From assembly GCA_963793355.1 (NCBI GenBank), contig CAWBZT010000005.1:132864-196863 (forward strand): a DNA stretch of 64,000 bases. The letters run 5' to 3'. The position numbers were made by a program, and so were the translations under genes. Positions within the stretch are counted from its first letter, which is position 1. Each line of letters opens with the position of its first letter. Origin of the DNA: an uncultured beta proteobacterium. Its GTDB lineage: Bacteria; Pseudomonadota; Gammaproteobacteria; Burkholderiales; Casimicrobiaceae. This document shows, piece after piece, positions 1 to 11,059 of the stretch. A model generated the notes under the pieces. That model saw nothing but the letters and a program-made list of their open reading frames with translations. It had not been told where the DNA came from and made no database searches.

Positions 1-371
1 GGCGTGACGTTCACGATGATGCCGCAGCGCGCATAGGTGCTCTTGCCGAGGCAGATCGTGAGCACGCTGCGAGGAATGCGGAAATACTCGACGGTCCGCG
101 CCAGCGCGAACGAATTCGGCGGGATGATGCAGACGTCGCCGCGAAAGTCGACGAACGAGCCGGCGTCGAACGCCTTGGGATCGACGATCGTCGAGTTGAT
201 GTTGGTGAAGATCTTGAATTCGTTCGAGCAGCGGATGTCGTAGCCGTAGCTCGACGTGCCGTACGAGACGATCTTGCGCCCGCCGACCTCGCGCACCTGG
301 CCCGGCTCGAACGGCTCGATCATGCCGGTGGTGCGCGCCATGCGCCGGATCCAGCGATCCGACTTGATCAT
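1..371 (-). CDS. dcd: dCTP deaminase (3' end runs off the window)
   Basis: Manual minus-strand translation from ATG at 371: [12 protein letters not shown]...[13 protein letters not shown]...[17 protein letters not shown]. The start overlaps the apbC stop (ATGA). Confidence 0.95.
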   Translation of the reverse strand, partial: MIKSDRWIRRMARTTGMIEPFEPGQVREVGGRKIVSYGTSSYGYDIRCSNEFKIFTNINSTIVDPKAFDAGSFVDFRGDVCIIPPNSFALARTVEYFRIPRSVLTICLGKSTYARCGIIVNVT

Positions 372-1456
372 GTGTTCTGGACGACGATGCTGGGGAACTT
401 CGCCGAGAAATCCGCCGCTTTCTGCGCCACCGCGATCGCGACCTTGCGCGCGATCTCGCGGTAGATCTGCGCGACCGCGCCGTCCGGGTCGGCGACGACC
501 GTCGGGCGACCCGAGTCGGCCTGCTCGCGGATCCGGATGTCGAGCGGCAGCGCGCCGAGATAGGGCACGTTGTAGTCGCGGCACATCCGCTCGCCGCCGC
601 CCGCGCCGAAGATGTGCTCGGCGTGACCGCAGTTCGAGCACACGTGCACCGCCATGTTCTCGACGACGCCCACGATCGGCACGCCGACCTTCTCGAACAT
701 CTTGAGGCCCTTGCGGGCGTCGATCAGCGCGATGTCCTGCGGGGTCGTCACGATGACCGCGCCGGTGACCGGCACCTTCTGCGCCAGCGTGAGCGCGATG
801 TCGCCGGTGCCGGGCGGCATGTCGACGATCAGGTAGTCGACTTCGCGCCAGTTCGTGTCCTTGAGCAGCTGCTCGAGCGCCTGCGTGACCATGGGCCCGC
901 GCCACACCATCGGCGTGTCGGTGTCGATCAGAAATCCGATCGACATCGCCTGCACGCCGTACGCTTCGAGCGGCTCGAGCGTCTTGCCGTCGCTGGATTC
1001 CGGCCGTCCCGCGATGCCGAGCATCATCGGCTGCGACGGGCCGTAGATGTCGGCGTCGAGCACGCCGACGGACGCGCCTTCCGCCGCCAGCGCGAGCGCG
1101 AGGTTCGCCGCGGTGGTCGACTTGCCGACGCCGCCCTTGCCCGACGCGATGGCGACGATGTTCTTGACGCCGGGCACGAGCTTCACGCCGCGCTGCACCG
1201 AGTGCGAGACGATCTTCTGGGTCACGTTGACCGTCACGCGGCCGGCGCCCGGCAGCGCGGCCACGGCATCCTGCACGCGCTTCCTGACGAGCTCGTGCTG
1301 GCTCTTCGCCGGATAGCCGAGCTCGATGTCGATCGCGATCGGATCGGCGTCGGCGCGGATGCGCTTCACCGCCTTCGCGGAAACGAAGTCCTTCCCCGTG
1401 TTGGGATCCACCACCGACCTGAGCGCGGCGGTGACTTCGGCTTCGGACAACGGCAT
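368..1456 (-). CDS. apbC: Mrp/ApbC Fe-S cluster carrier ATPase
   Basis: [10 protein letters not shown] Walker [17 protein letters not shown] and CSNC motifs. Start taken at MPLSEAEV. Confidence 0.95.
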   Translation of the reverse strand: MPLSEAEVTAALRSVVDPNTGKDFVSAKAVKRIRADADPIAIDIELGYPAKSQHELVRKRVQDAVAALPGAGRVTVNVTQKIVSHSVQRGVKLVPGVKNIVAIASGKGGVGKSTTAANLALALAAEGASVGVLDADIYGPSQPMMLGIAGRPESSDGKTLEPLEAYGVQAMSIGFLIDTDTPMVWRGPMVTQALEQLLKDTNWREVDYLIVDMPPGTGDIALTLAQKVPVTGAVIVTTPQDIALIDARKGLKMFEKVGVPIVGVVENMAVHVCSNCGHAEHIFGAGGGERMCRDYNVPYLGALPLDIRIREQADSGRPTVVADPDGAVAQIYREIARKVAIAVAQKAADFSAKFPSIVVQNT

Positions 1457-1625
1457 CGGACCACTCCGGAAATTGGCACGGTCAGCGACCCGCTCCCTGT
1501 GCACGGCGCGCGCATTCGTCTTTGACCGGACGCACCATTCTAGCCGATCGGGGCAGCGGCCTTCGGGTTGCGGGAACTCGCTTTGCTAGAATCGGCCGTT
1601 TAACCCTGCGTTTTGCAAGGTCTTC

Positions 1626-3743
1626 ATGCCCGCATCGTCCCGGAAGCTGTTCGTCACGACGGCGCTGCCGTACGCGAACGGTCCGTTCCATATCGGCCAC
1701 GTCATGGAATACATCCAGGCCGACATCTGGGTGCGCTTCCGGCGCATGCAGGGCGACGAAGTCCATTTCGTCTGCGCCGACGACACCCACGGCGCGCCGA
1801 TCATGCTGAAGGCCGAGGCCGAAGGCGTGACGCCGCAGGCGCTCGTCGCACGGATCGCCGCCACGCGCCCGAAGCACCTCGCCGGCTTCCACATCAGCTT
1901 CGATCACTGGCACTCGACCGATTCGCCGGAGAACGTCGAGCTGTCGCAGGACATCTATCGCAAGCTCAAGGCGGCGGGCCTCGTCTACGCGAAGCCGGTC
2001 GAGCAGTTCTTCGACCCGGTGAAGCAGATGTTCCTGCCCGACCGCTACATCAAGGGCGAATGCCCCAAGTGCGGCGCGAAGGACCAGTACGGCGACGCCT
2101 GCGAGAACTGCAGCACCGTCTACGCGCCCACCGACCTCATCCGCCCGTACTCGACGCTGTCGGGCGCCGTGCCGGTGCTCGCCTCGTCGGACCACTATTT
2201 CTTCCGGCTGTCCGATCCCGCGTGCGTCGCGTTCCTGCGCGAGTGGACCGGCGGCGGACGCCTGCAGCAGGAAGTGGCCAACAAGGCGCAGGAATGGCTC
2301 GGCGATTCCGGCGGCGCGAAGGGACTCGCCGACTGGGACATCTCGCGCGACGCGCCCTACTTCGGCATCCCGATCCCCGACGCGCCCGGCAAGTATTTCT
2401 ACGTGTGGCTCGACGCGCCCGTCGGCTACCTCGCGAGCCTGAAGGCGCATTTGCGCCAGATCAACGTCGATTTCGCCGCGTTCCTGCAGGATCGCGACGT
2501 CGAGCAGATCCATTTCATCGGCAAGGACATCGTCTATTTCCACACGCTGTTCTGGCCGGCGATGCTGAAGTTCGCCGGCGCGCCGTACAAGGTTCCCGAT
2601 CGCGTCCACGTGCACGGCTTCATCACGTTCTCCGGCGAGAAGATGTCGAAGTCGCGCGGCACCGGCATCAGCCCGGACGTCTACCTCGACCTCGGCCTCA
2701 ACGCCGAGTGGCTGCGCTACTACCTCGCGGCGAAGCTCAACGCGAAGGTCGAGGACCTCGACTTCAACCCGGACGACTTCATCGCCCGCGTCAACAGCGA
2801 CCTGGTCGGCAAGTACGTGAACATCGCGAGCCGCGCGGCGAGCTTCGTCACCCGGCATTTCGACGGCACGCTGGGGACGCCGGCCGAGACCGACAACGAC
2901 CGCGCCAACCGCCTGACGACGTCGCAGATGGATGCCGAGCAGGCGCGCGCCGACTACGACGGGCGCGAGTTCGGCAAGGTGCTGCGCGATGCGATGCGCA
3001 TCGCCGACCGCGTCAACGCGCATTTCGACCGCGCACAGCCGTGGCTGCTCGCGAAGGACCCGGCGCGCCGCGACGAGCTCTTGACGATCTGCTCGCAATG
3101 CCTGCAGCAGTTCCAGCTCCTGTCCGTGATCCTGGCGCCGGTGCTGCCAGCCACTGCGTCGCGGGTCGCCCGCGAGCTGTTCGGCATGGACCGCGACTTC
3201 GTCTGGTCGGATGCGTGGAAGGAGCCCGCGATGGTCCGTCCGTACCGGCACCTGCTCGCGCGAATCGAGCCGAAGCAGGTGGAGGCGCTGCTGGAGGGCC
3301 CGAAGGCGGCGGGCGCGCCCGCAGCGGACGGCGGGCCTGCGGCCGGCGCCGGCAGCGCGGGAACTGCCCCGGCGGTCGGCGACGCTGGACCGGCGTCGGG
3401 CTCCGCGGGCGCGGCGCACATCACGATCGACGATTTCGCGAAGGTCGACCTGCGCATCGCGCGCATCGTCGCAGCCGAGCACGTCGAGGGTGCGGACAAG
3501 CTGATCAAGCTCACGCTCGACACGGGCGAAGGGCGTCATCGCACGGTGTTCGCCGGCATCAAGTCGGCCTACGATCCCGCGACGCTGGTCGGCCGCCTGA
3601 CGCCGATGGTCGCCAACCTCGCGCCGCGCAAGATGAAGTTCGGGCTTTCCGAAGGCATGGTGCTCGCGGCGTCCGGCGACGGCCCGGGGATCTTTCTCCT
3701 CGCGCCCGACGCGGGCGCGGCGCCCGGCATGCGCGTGAAGTGA
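1626..3743 (+). CDS. metG: methionine--tRNA ligase with C-terminal tRNA-binding domain
   Basis: [21 protein letters not shown] knuckle, KMSKS, and C-terminal [12 protein letters not shown] domain. Confidence 0.98.
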   Translation: MPASSRKLFVTTALPYANGPFHIGHVMEYIQADIWVRFRRMQGDEVHFVCADDTHGAPIMLKAEAEGVTPQALVARIAATRPKHLAGFHISFDHWHSTDSPENVELSQDIYRKLKAAGLVYAKPVEQFFDPVKQMFLPDRYIKGECPKCGAKDQYGDACENCSTVYAPTDLIRPYSTLSGAVPVLASSDHYFFRLSDPACVAFLREWTGGGRLQQEVANKAQEWLGDSGGAKGLADWDISRDAPYFGIPIPDAPGKYFYVWLDAPVGYLASLKAHLRQINVDFAAFLQDRDVEQIHFIGKDIVYFHTLFWPAMLKFAGAPYKVPDRVHVHGFITFSGEKMSKSRGTGISPDVYLDLGLNAEWLRYYLAAKLNAKVEDLDFNPDDFIARVNSDLVGKYVNIASRAASFVTRHFDGTLGTPAETDNDRANRLTTSQMDAEQARADYDGREFGKVLRDAMRIADRVNAHFDRAQPWLLAKDPARRDELLTICSQCLQQFQLLSVILAPVLPATASRVARELFGMDRDFVWSDAWKEPAMVRPYRHLLARIEPKQVEALLEGPKAAGAPAADGGPAAGAGSAGTAPAVGDAGPASGSAGAAHITIDDFAKVDLRIARIVAAEHVEGADKLIKLTLDTGEGRHRTVFAGIKSAYDPATLVGRLTPMVANLAPRKMKFGLSEGMVLAASGDGPGIFLLAPDAGAAPGMRVK

Positions 3744-3798
3744 GCGTGTCGCGCACGCCGGGGCGTCGACGCGCGGCGCGCGTCTGACGCCGCAGGCG

Positions 3799-5796
3799 AT
3801 GCACGTCAGCGCGCTCCAACTCGTGCTGGCCGCCACCGCGGCGTGGGGCGCGATCGGCTTGCTCGGCCTCGCGCGCGTCCACGACCTGCGTTTCGTGAGC
3901 CGCGTGCTGTTCCCGGCGGGCGCCATCGTCGCGGTCGCGCTGGCCGGCGTCGCGCTGGCGGCGCTCGCGAACCCTCCCGAGGCGACGACGCTGCCGCTCG
4001 GCCTGCCTGACCTGCCGTTCCACGTGCGCCTGGACGCGCTGTCCGCCTTCTTCCTGGTGATCATCGGCGCCGCCGGCTTCGCGGTGTCGCTGTTCTCCGT
4101 CGGCTACTTCCGCTCCGGAGAGGGCACGCCACCGGGACTCGTGTGCTTCCAGTACCACGTCTTCCTCGCGGCGATGGCGGGCGTGGTCGTCGCCGACGAC
4201 GCCTACGCGTTCATGGTGGCGTGGGAGCTGATGGCACTCTCGTCGTTCTTCCTCGTCACGACGGAGCACCGGATCCCGGAGATCCGCCGCGCCGGCTTCC
4301 TGTACCTGCTAATCGCGCACGTCGGCGCGATCGCAATCCTGCTGTCGTTCGGGGTGCTGCAGGCCGGCCGCGGCGACTTCACGTTCGACGCGATGCGCGC
4401 GACGCAGGTGGATCCCGCATGGGCGACCGCTGCGTTCCTGCTCGCGCTGACGGGCTTCGGCGCCAAGGCCGGGCTGCTGCCGCTGCACGTCTGGCTGCCG
4501 GAGGCGCATCCGGCCGCGCCCTCGCCCGTGTCCGCGCTGATGAGCGGCGTCATGCTGAAGACGGCGATCTACGGCCTTTTGCGTGTGACGTTCGATCTCC
4601 TGCATGCGCAGGTCTGGTGGTGGGGCGTGGTGGCGCTCGCGCTCGGCCTCGCCACCGCGCTGTTCGGCGTCGTGTTCGCAGCGGCGCAGACGGACATGAA
4701 GCGCCTGCTCGCGTATTCGTCGATCGAGAACATCGGCATCATCGTCGCCGGCTTCGGCCTCACGATCCTGTTCTCGGCCTACGGCAAGACGCTGCTGGCT
4801 GCGGTGACGCTGACCGCAGTCCTGTACCACGCGCTCAACCATGCGTTCTTCAAGAGCTTGCTGTTCCTCGCGACCGGCTCGGTGCTGCACGCGACGCAGG
4901 AGCGCAGCCTCGGCAAGCTGGGCGGCCTCATCCACCGGATGCCGTGGGTGGCGTGGCTCGCGCTCGTCGGCGTGCTCGCGTGCGCCGGGCTGCCGCCGCT
5001 CAACGGCTTCGTGTCGGAATGGCTGCTGCTGCAGGCGTTCCTGTTCACGCCGACGCTGCCGCAGTCGTTCGTCAACATGCTGGTACCGCTCGCGGCGGCG
5101 TTGCTCGTGCTGGCCGCGGCGCTCGCGGCCTACGTGATGGTGAAGTTCTACGGCGTCATCTTCCTCGGGCGGCCGCGCGAGGCGAATCTCGCGTATGCGC
5201 GCGACGCCGGCCCGTTCGAGCGCGCCGCGCTGATCTGGCTCGGCGCGGGCTGCGTCGCGCTCGGCGTGTTCCCGACGTTCGTGCTGCGCGCGATCGAGCC
5301 GGTCAATGCGCTCCTGATCGGCCGCACGGCAGGGGCCGGCCTCGGCAACTGGCTGCTGCTGGCGCCGATCAACCCCGACCGCTCGAGCTACAGCCCGCTG
5401 ATCGTGCTGGTCGTCATCGTCACCGTCGTCGTGCTGACGATATCGGTCGTGCACCGGCTCTATCACGGCCGCGTGCGGCGCGCGCCGCCGTGGGATTGCG
5501 GCTTTCCGCAGCAGACGCCGCGGATGCAGGATTCCGCCGAGGGCTTCGGGCAGCCGATCCGGCAGGTGTTCGAGCCGTTCTTCCGCATGGACCGCCACCT
5601 GCCGTCGCCGTCCGACACCGCGCCCCGCTACTCGGTGCGGATCGGCGATCCGTTCTGGAGCTGGATCTACCTGCCGATCGTGCGATTGACGGATGTGACC
5701 GCGCGTCTGGTCGGCCGCATCCAGCAGGGACGCATCTCGGTGTACCTGACGTACAGCTTCTTCACGCTGCTGGCGCTGCTGCTCTTCGTGCGATGA
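3799..5796 (+). CDS. hyfB: hydrogenase-4 subunit B-like antiporter membrane subunit (Ehr complex)
   Basis: Very hydrophobic; PLHVWLPEAHPAAPSPVSALMSG, KRLLAYSSIEN and PPLNGFVSEW motifs. Confidence 0.88.
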   Translation: MHVSALQLVLAATAAWGAIGLLGLARVHDLRFVSRVLFPAGAIVAVALAGVALAALANPPEATTLPLGLPDLPFHVRLDALSAFFLVIIGAAGFAVSLFSVGYFRSGEGTPPGLVCFQYHVFLAAMAGVVVADDAYAFMVAWELMALSSFFLVTTEHRIPEIRRAGFLYLLIAHVGAIAILLSFGVLQAGRGDFTFDAMRATQVDPAWATAAFLLALTGFGAKAGLLPLHVWLPEAHPAAPSPVSALMSGVMLKTAIYGLLRVTFDLLHAQVWWWGVVALALGLATALFGVVFAAAQTDMKRLLAYSSIENIGIIVAGFGLTILFSAYGKTLLAAVTLTAVLYHALNHAFFKSLLFLATGSVLHATQERSLGKLGGLIHRMPWVAWLALVGVLACAGLPPLNGFVSEWLLLQAFLFTPTLPQSFVNMLVPLAAALLVLAAALAAYVMVKFYGVIFLGRPREANLAYARDAGPFERAALIWLGAGCVALGVFPTFVLRAIEPVNALLIGRTAGAGLGNWLLLAPINPDRSSYSPLIVLVVIVTVVVLTISVVHRLYHGRVRRAPPWDCGFPQQTPRMQDSAEGFGQPIRQVFEPFFRMDRHLPSPSDTAPRYSVRIGDPFWSWIYLPIVRLTDVTARLVGRIQQGRISVYLTYSFFTLLALLLFVR

Positions 5797-6740
5797 CGCT
5801 TGCCGGCCTCCTGTCGCAGCTTCTGCAACTCGCGATCGCCGTCGCGCTGGCGCCGCTCTTGCTCGGCTGGATCAACATGTGCCGGGCGTGGCTCTCGAAC
5901 AGGTCGGCGCCGTCGATCCTGCTGCCGTACCGGACGATCCGCAAGCTGATGACGAAGGACGCCGTCGTCGCCGAGAACGCGTCCCCGCTGTTCCGCGTCA
6001 CGCCTTACGTCGTGTTCGGCGCGATGTGCTGCGCGGCGGCGATCGTGCCGTCGCTCGCGACCGACCTTCCGTTCGCGAGCGCCGCCGACGCGATCGCGCT
6101 GGTGGGGCTGTTCGCGCTGGCGCGCGTGTTCATCGCGCTCGCCGGGATGGACATCGGTACCGCCTTCGGCTCGCTGGGCGCGCGGCGCGAGATGTTCGTC
6201 GGCTTCCTGGCGGAGCCCGCGCTCCTGATGGTGCTGTTCACCGCGAGCCTTATTTCAGGCTCGACGTCGCTGCCGACGATCGTCGACACGCTCGCGCACC
6301 GCGAGTTCGCGATCTACCCGAGCCTCGCGTTCGCGGGCGTCGCGTTCACGATGGTGTCGCTTGCCGAGAACGCGCGCATCCCGATCGACAACCCGGCCAC
6401 GCACCTCGAGCTCACGATGATCCACGAGGCGATGGTGCTCGAGTACTCGGCGCGACATCTCGCGCTGATCGAGTGGGCCGCCGCGCTCAAGCTCTTCAAC
6501 TACTCGTGCATCGGCCTGGCGCTGTTCTTCCCGTTCGGCATCGCCGCCGCCGGCGACGGGACGGCGCTGCTGGGCGCCCTGCCGATCCTCGTCGGCAAGC
6601 TGGCGGTCGGCGGGGCGTGCCTCGCCGTGATCGAGACGGTGTCGGCGAAGCTGCGCATCTTCCGCGCGCCCGAGTTCCTGGGAACGGCTTTCCTGCTGGC
6701 CGTGCTCGCGATGCTCGTCAACCAACTATTGGGGAGCTGA
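5793..6740 (+). CDS. hyfC: HyfC/NuoH-like membrane subunit
   Basis: C-terminal part of ORF 4143..6740 from ATG 5793 (ATGA overlap); ENARIPIDNPATHLELTMIHEAMVLEYS. Confidence 0.88.
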   Translation: MTLAGLLSQLLQLAIAVALAPLLLGWINMCRAWLSNRSAPSILLPYRTIRKLMTKDAVVAENASPLFRVTPYVVFGAMCCAAAIVPSLATDLPFASAADAIALVGLFALARVFIALAGMDIGTAFGSLGARREMFVGFLAEPALLMVLFTASLISGSTSLPTIVDTLAHREFAIYPSLAFAGVAFTMVSLAENARIPIDNPATHLELTMIHEAMVLEYSARHLALIEWAAALKLFNYSCIGLALFFPFGIAAAGDGTALLGALPILVGKLAVGGACLAVIETVSAKLRIFRAPEFLGTAFLLAVLAMLVNQLLGS

Positions 6741-6744
6741 GCGC

Positions 6745-7416
6745 GTGACCGGCGTCCCGCTCTATGCGCAGCTGATCAACGTCCTGGCGGCGCTGCTGCT
6801 GCTGCTCGCGTTCGCGATGCTCGCGCAGCGGCGCGTGCTCACGCTGATCGACCTGTTCGCTGCGCAGGGCCTCGCGCTCTCGGTCTCGACCGCCATCGTC
6901 GCGTATGCGACGGCGCAGCCGCACCTGTACTGGTCGGCCGGGCTCACCCTCGTGCTGAAGGTCATCGCGCTGCCGTGGCTCCTGCACCGCCTGATCCGCA
7001 AGCTCGACGTGCGCTGGGAATTCGAGGGCCTCATCAACATCCCGACGACGATGATCGTCGGCATCGTCCTCGTCGTGTTCTCGTTCAACCTCGCGCTGCC
7101 GATTGCGCAGCTCGCCAACACGGTGACGCGCGCGACGCTCGGCATCGCGATGGCGAGCGTGATGCTGTCGTTCCTGATGATGATCACACGGCGCAAGGCG
7201 ATCCCGCAGGTGATCGGCTTCCTTTCGATGGAGAACGGCCTGTTCTTCGCCGCGACCAGCGCGACGTACGGCATGCCGATGGTCGTCGAGCTCGGCATCG
7301 CGCTCGACGTGCTCGTCGGCATGCTGATCCTCGGCGTGTTCTTCTTCCAGATCCGCGAGCAGTTCGACAGCCTCGACTTGAAGCATCTCGAGAAGCTGAA
7401 GGAGCCGGAAGCGTGA
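6745..7416 (+). CDS. hyfE: HyfE-like membrane subunit
   Basis: Hydrophobic 223 aa with QVIGFLSMENG and MPMVVELGIALDV; position in the operon. Confidence 0.85.
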   Translation: MTGVPLYAQLINVLAALLLLLAFAMLAQRRVLTLIDLFAAQGLALSVSTAIVAYATAQPHLYWSAGLTLVLKVIALPWLLHRLIRKLDVRWEFEGLINIPTTMIVGIVLVVFSFNLALPIAQLANTVTRATLGIAMASVMLSFLMMITRRKAIPQVIGFLSMENGLFFAATSATYGMPMVVELGIALDVLVGMLILGVFFFQIREQFDSLDLKHLEKLKEPEA

Positions 7417-8864
7417 TCGAGGTGCTCCTCGTGCTCGTGCTCCCACTCGCGGGCGCCGTCGTGCTCGCGCTGGTCGGCGAGCGCGACGCTGCGCCGCGCT
7501 TCAACATCGCGGCCTGCGGACTCACCTTCGCCGCGGCCGCCGCGCTGACGATCCGCGTCGTCGCCGACGGGCCGCTGCTCGTCCTCGACCGCATGTTCTT
7601 CGTCGACTCGTTCAACGTGTTCCTCGTGGCGCTCACCGCATTCGTGGGCCTGACGACGGCGATCTTCTCGGGCCCGTACATGCGCGTCGAGCGCGACCAC
7701 GGCCGGCTCTCCACCGGCCGCCTGCGGCTTTATCACAGCATGTACCAGCTCTTCAATTTCACGATGCTGCTGGCGCTGCTGACGAACAACATGGGCATCC
7801 TGTGGGTCGCGCTGGAGGCGGCGACGCTCACGACAGTGCTGCTCGTGTCTCTGTACCGCACGCCCGCGAGCCTCGAAGCCGCATGGAAGTACTTCATCCT
7901 GTGCGGCGTCGGCATCGCGCAGGCGCTGTTCGGGACGATCCTGCTGTACTTCGCCGCCGAGAAGCTGCTTGGCGCCGAAGGCGGCGCGCTGCTATGGACC
8001 GAGTTGAACCAGGTCAAGGGCAGCTTGGAGCCAACGGTGCTGTCGCTCGCGTTCGTGTTCCTGCTGGTCGGCTACGGGACGAAGGTCGGGCTGGTCCCGC
8101 TGCACAACTGGCTGCCCGACGCGCACGCCGAAGGCCCCACGCCGGTGTCCGCGGTGCTCTCCGGCCTGCTGCTGAACGTCGCGCTGTACGCGGTGGTCCG
8201 CTGCAAGGTGCTGGTCGAAGGCTCGGTGCACACGGCGATGGCCCGCGAGCTGATGATGACGTTCGGCCTGCTGTCGGTCGTCGTCGCCGCGTTCCTGCTG
8301 TCGCGGCAGAAGGACATCAAGAGGCTGTTCGCCTATTCGTCGATCGAGCACATGGGCATCGTCACGTTCGCGTTCGGCATCGGCGGGCCGGTCGCTAACT
8401 TCGCGGCGATGCTGCACATGACCGTGCACTCGCTCACGAAATCGGCGATCTTCTTCGCGGTCGGCCACGCGTCGCAGAAGGCCGGCACGCAGCTGATCGA
8501 CGGCATCCGCGGCCTCGTCTCGACCAACCCGGCGATCGGCTGGGCGCTGGCGCTCGGCACGCTCGCGATCCTCGGCATGCCGCCGTTCGGCGTGTTCGCG
8601 AGCGAATTCCTGATCCTGATCACCGCGATGCAGATCGAGCCGTGGGCGACGCCGATCCTGCTGATCGCGCTGGGCGTCGCGTTCGCGTCGGTGTTCTCGA
8701 AGGTGCAGCCGATGGTGTTCGGCGAGTCCACGGTCAAGCGGCTTCCGCACCGGCCCGCGCTCACGCCGGTGTTCGTGCACCTGGGTCTCGTGCTGATGCT
8801 CGGCCTCTGGATTCCGCCGTACCTCGCCGTGTGGTACCGGCAGGCGGCGAAGCTCCTCGGATGA
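7413..8864 (+). CDS. hyfF: HyfF-like antiporter membrane subunit
   Basis: GTG at 7413 overlaps the hyfE stop; SLEAAWKYFILC and GYGTKVGLVPLHNWLPDAHAEGPTPVSA. Confidence 0.88.
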   Translation: MIEVLLVLVLPLAGAVVLALVGERDAAPRFNIAACGLTFAAAAALTIRVVADGPLLVLDRMFFVDSFNVFLVALTAFVGLTTAIFSGPYMRVERDHGRLSTGRLRLYHSMYQLFNFTMLLALLTNNMGILWVALEAATLTTVLLVSLYRTPASLEAAWKYFILCGVGIAQALFGTILLYFAAEKLLGAEGGALLWTELNQVKGSLEPTVLSLAFVFLLVGYGTKVGLVPLHNWLPDAHAEGPTPVSAVLSGLLLNVALYAVVRCKVLVEGSVHTAMARELMMTFGLLSVVVAAFLLSRQKDIKRLFAYSSIEHMGIVTFAFGIGGPVANFAAMLHMTVHSLTKSAIFFAVGHASQKAGTQLIDGIRGLVSTNPAIGWALALGTLAILGMPPFGVFASEFLILITAMQIEPWATPILLIALGVAFASVFSKVQPMVFGESTVKRLPHRPALTPVFVHLGLVLMLGLWIPPYLAVWYRQAAKLLG

Positions 8865-8877
8865 AGGCGGCGCGCCG

Positions 8878-10422
8878 ATGAACCTCGCCGCCCTGGGCCT
8901 CACGCCCGCGCTGCAGCCCGCCGCCCTCCCCGCGGCGCGCGTGAGCGTGGGCTCCGGCCAGATGCTCGCCGTCGCGAAGCTCGCGCAGGAACAGGGTGCG
9001 CGGCTGGTCGCGCTGTGGGTCGCCGACGAGCGCGACCGCGCGCGCGGCTTTGTCGTGCGTGTCGTCTACGAAGATGCGGACGGCCTCACGCTCGTCGAGC
9101 ACGCGGTGCCCGACGCCTCGTCGCGCTATCCGGACCTCGCGCCCCTGTTCCCCGCCACGAGCCGCATGCAGCGCGCCGCCTTCGACCTGACCGGCGTGGC
9201 CGCGGAAGCCGACGACGTGCGACCCTGGCTGTGGCTCGCGAGCTGGCCGATCGACCGCTTTCCGCTGCAGCGCGACTTCGAGGCGTCGCCGACGTGGAAG
9301 CCGGGGGAGGAGAACTATCCGTTCGTGCGGGTCGAGGGCGACGGCGTGCACGAGATTCCCGTCGGCCCGGTGCACGCCGGCATCATCGAGCCCGGTCATT
9401 TCCGCTTCCAGGTGGTTGGCGAGAAGGTGCTGCGCCTGGAAGAGCGGCTGGGCTACGTCCACAAGGGCATCGAGAAGCGCTTCGAGTCGATGACGCTGGC
9501 CGACGGTCACCGCCTCGCCGGGCGTGTCTGTGGCGACAGCACCGTCGCCTATGCGTGGGCGTACGCGCAGGCGCTGGAGGCGATCGCCGGCGTGTCGCCG
9601 CCGGCGCGCGCCGCATCGCTGCGCGCGCTGGCCCTCGAGCGCGAGCGCGTCGCGAACCACCTGGGCGACCTGGGCTACCTCGGCAATGACGCCGGCTTCG
9701 CGTTCGGCCTCGCGCAATTCTCGCGGCTCCGGGAGGACGTGCTGCGCGCCAACGCGAAAGCCTTCGGCCACCGGCTGGCGATGGACTTCGTCGTCCCCGG
9801 CGGCGTGGCGCATGCGCCCGACACCGCGGCGCTCGCCGCGATTCGCGACCAGTGCGTGCTGCTCGACCGCGAAGTCCGCGTCCTGCGCGAGATCTACGAC
9901 GAGCATGCCGGTCTGCAGGACCGCTTTCGCCAGTGCGGACGCGTAACGCCGGAACTCGCGGCGCAGCTCGGCCTTACGGGACTCGCGGGCCGCGCGAGCG
10001 GCCAGGCGCACGACCTGCGCTGCGACCTGCCCGTCGCGCCGTACGACGTCCTCGCGCCGCGCAAGTGCGGCCGCACCGACGGCGACGTCGCTGCGCGCGT
10101 CCTGGTGCGCTTCGACGAGATCGCGGAGTCGCTGCGCCTCACGCGCGCGCTGCTCGACGCGCTTCCTGATGGCGACACCCTCGTACCGGTGCCGGCGGCC
10201 GCATCGGGCCGCCTCGGCCTGGGCTGCGTCGAAGGCTGGCGCGGCCCGGTGCTGGTCGCGCTCGAAGCCGGCCCCGACGGCGGCATCCGTCGCTGCCATC
10301 CGCACGACCCGTCGTGGCAGAACTGGCCGGTGCTGGAGCATGCGGTGATCGGCAACATCGTTCCCGACTTCCCGCTCATCAACAAGTCGTTCAACCTGTC
10401 GTACAGCGGCCACGACCTCTAG
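8878..10422 (+). CDS. HycE/HyfG-like (NuoC+NuoD-like) large subunit lacking NiFe-binding CxxC pairs (Ehr large subunit)
   Basis: VGPVHAGIIEPGHFRF and GYVHKGIEK. The L1 position reads RVCGDS and the C-terminus reads DFPLINKSFNLSYSGHDL. Confidence 0.88.
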   Translation: MNLAALGLTPALQPAALPAARVSVGSGQMLAVAKLAQEQGARLVALWVADERDRARGFVVRVVYEDADGLTLVEHAVPDASSRYPDLAPLFPATSRMQRAAFDLTGVAAEADDVRPWLWLASWPIDRFPLQRDFEASPTWKPGEENYPFVRVEGDGVHEIPVGPVHAGIIEPGHFRFQVVGEKVLRLEERLGYVHKGIEKRFESMTLADGHRLAGRVCGDSTVAYAWAYAQALEAIAGVSPPARAASLRALALERERVANHLGDLGYLGNDAGFAFGLAQFSRLREDVLRANAKAFGHRLAMDFVVPGGVAHAPDTAALAAIRDQCVLLDREVRVLREIYDEHAGLQDRFRQCGRVTPELAAQLGLTGLAGRASGQAHDLRCDLPVAPYDVLAPRKCGRTDGDVAARVLVRFDEIAESLRLTRALLDALPDGDTLVPVPAAASGRLGLGCVEGWRGPVLVALEAGPDGGIRRCHPHDPSWQNWPVLEHAVIGNIVPDFPLINKSFNLSYSGHDL

Positions 10423-10424
10423 CC

Positions 10425-10982
10425 ATGCTGCAGATTCTCCGCCAGATCGCGAAGACCGGGATCAGGACCGAACGCGCGCCGGCGCCGGCCGGCGACGCGG
10501 TCGTCGTCGCGCGATTGCAGGAGGGCATCGCGCGCGTGCTCGGCCGTGCGCTGACGATCCGCCACGTCGACGCCGGCTCGTGCAACGGCTGCGAGCTCGA
10601 GATCCACGCGCTCGGCAATCCGTACTACAACATCGAAGGCCTGGGCATCCGCTTCGTGGCGAGCCCGCGCCACGCCGACCTGCTGCTGGTGACCGGCCCC
10701 GTGTCCAAGCACATGGCCATCGCGCTCGAGCGGACGTACGACGCGACGCCCGATCCCAAGCTGGTCGTCGCCGTCGGCGACTGCGGCTGCACGGGCGGCA
10801 TCTTCTGCGAGAGCTACGCGAGCCTCGGCCCGGTGCGCAACGTGATCCCGGTGGACGTCGAGGTGCCGGGCTGCCCGCCGACGCCCGCCGCGCTGCTCGC
10901 CGGCATCCTGGCCGCGATCGGGGCCCATGCCCCCGCGGTTCCGCGCGCCGACGCCGCCGAAAATCCTCCTCCCGCCCCTTGA
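10425..10982 (+). CDS. HycG/HyfI/NuoB-like small [4Fe-4S] subunit
   Basis: DAGSCNGCELE, ASPRHAD, GDCG and PGCPP. Confidence 0.9.
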   Translation: MLQILRQIAKTGIRTERAPAPAGDAVVVARLQEGIARVLGRALTIRHVDAGSCNGCELEIHALGNPYYNIEGLGIRFVASPRHADLLLVTGPVSKHMAIALERTYDATPDPKLVVAVGDCGCTGGIFCESYASLGPVRNVIPVDVEVPGCPPTPAALLAGILAAIGAHAPAVPRADAAENPPPAP

Positions 10983-11005
10983 AAGCGTTGGCGCCACCGC
11001 CACCT
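10978..11005 (+). promoter_or_regulatory. putative sigma32 (RpoH) promoter of hsp20
   Basis: CTTGAAA-N13-CGCCACCT versus the RpoH consensus CTTGAA-N13-17-CCCCATNT, directly upstream of a small heat-shock protein gene. Confidence 0.6.
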
Positions 11006-11059
11006 AGGGGACAACGGCGGTCGACGATCGCCCAACCGATCCCCAGAGGAGATTTTCGT

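Noticed and set aside
3799-10982. Functional formate hydrogenlyase / NiFe hydrogenase
   Set aside because: Ni-ligating cysteine pairs are missing from the large subunit.
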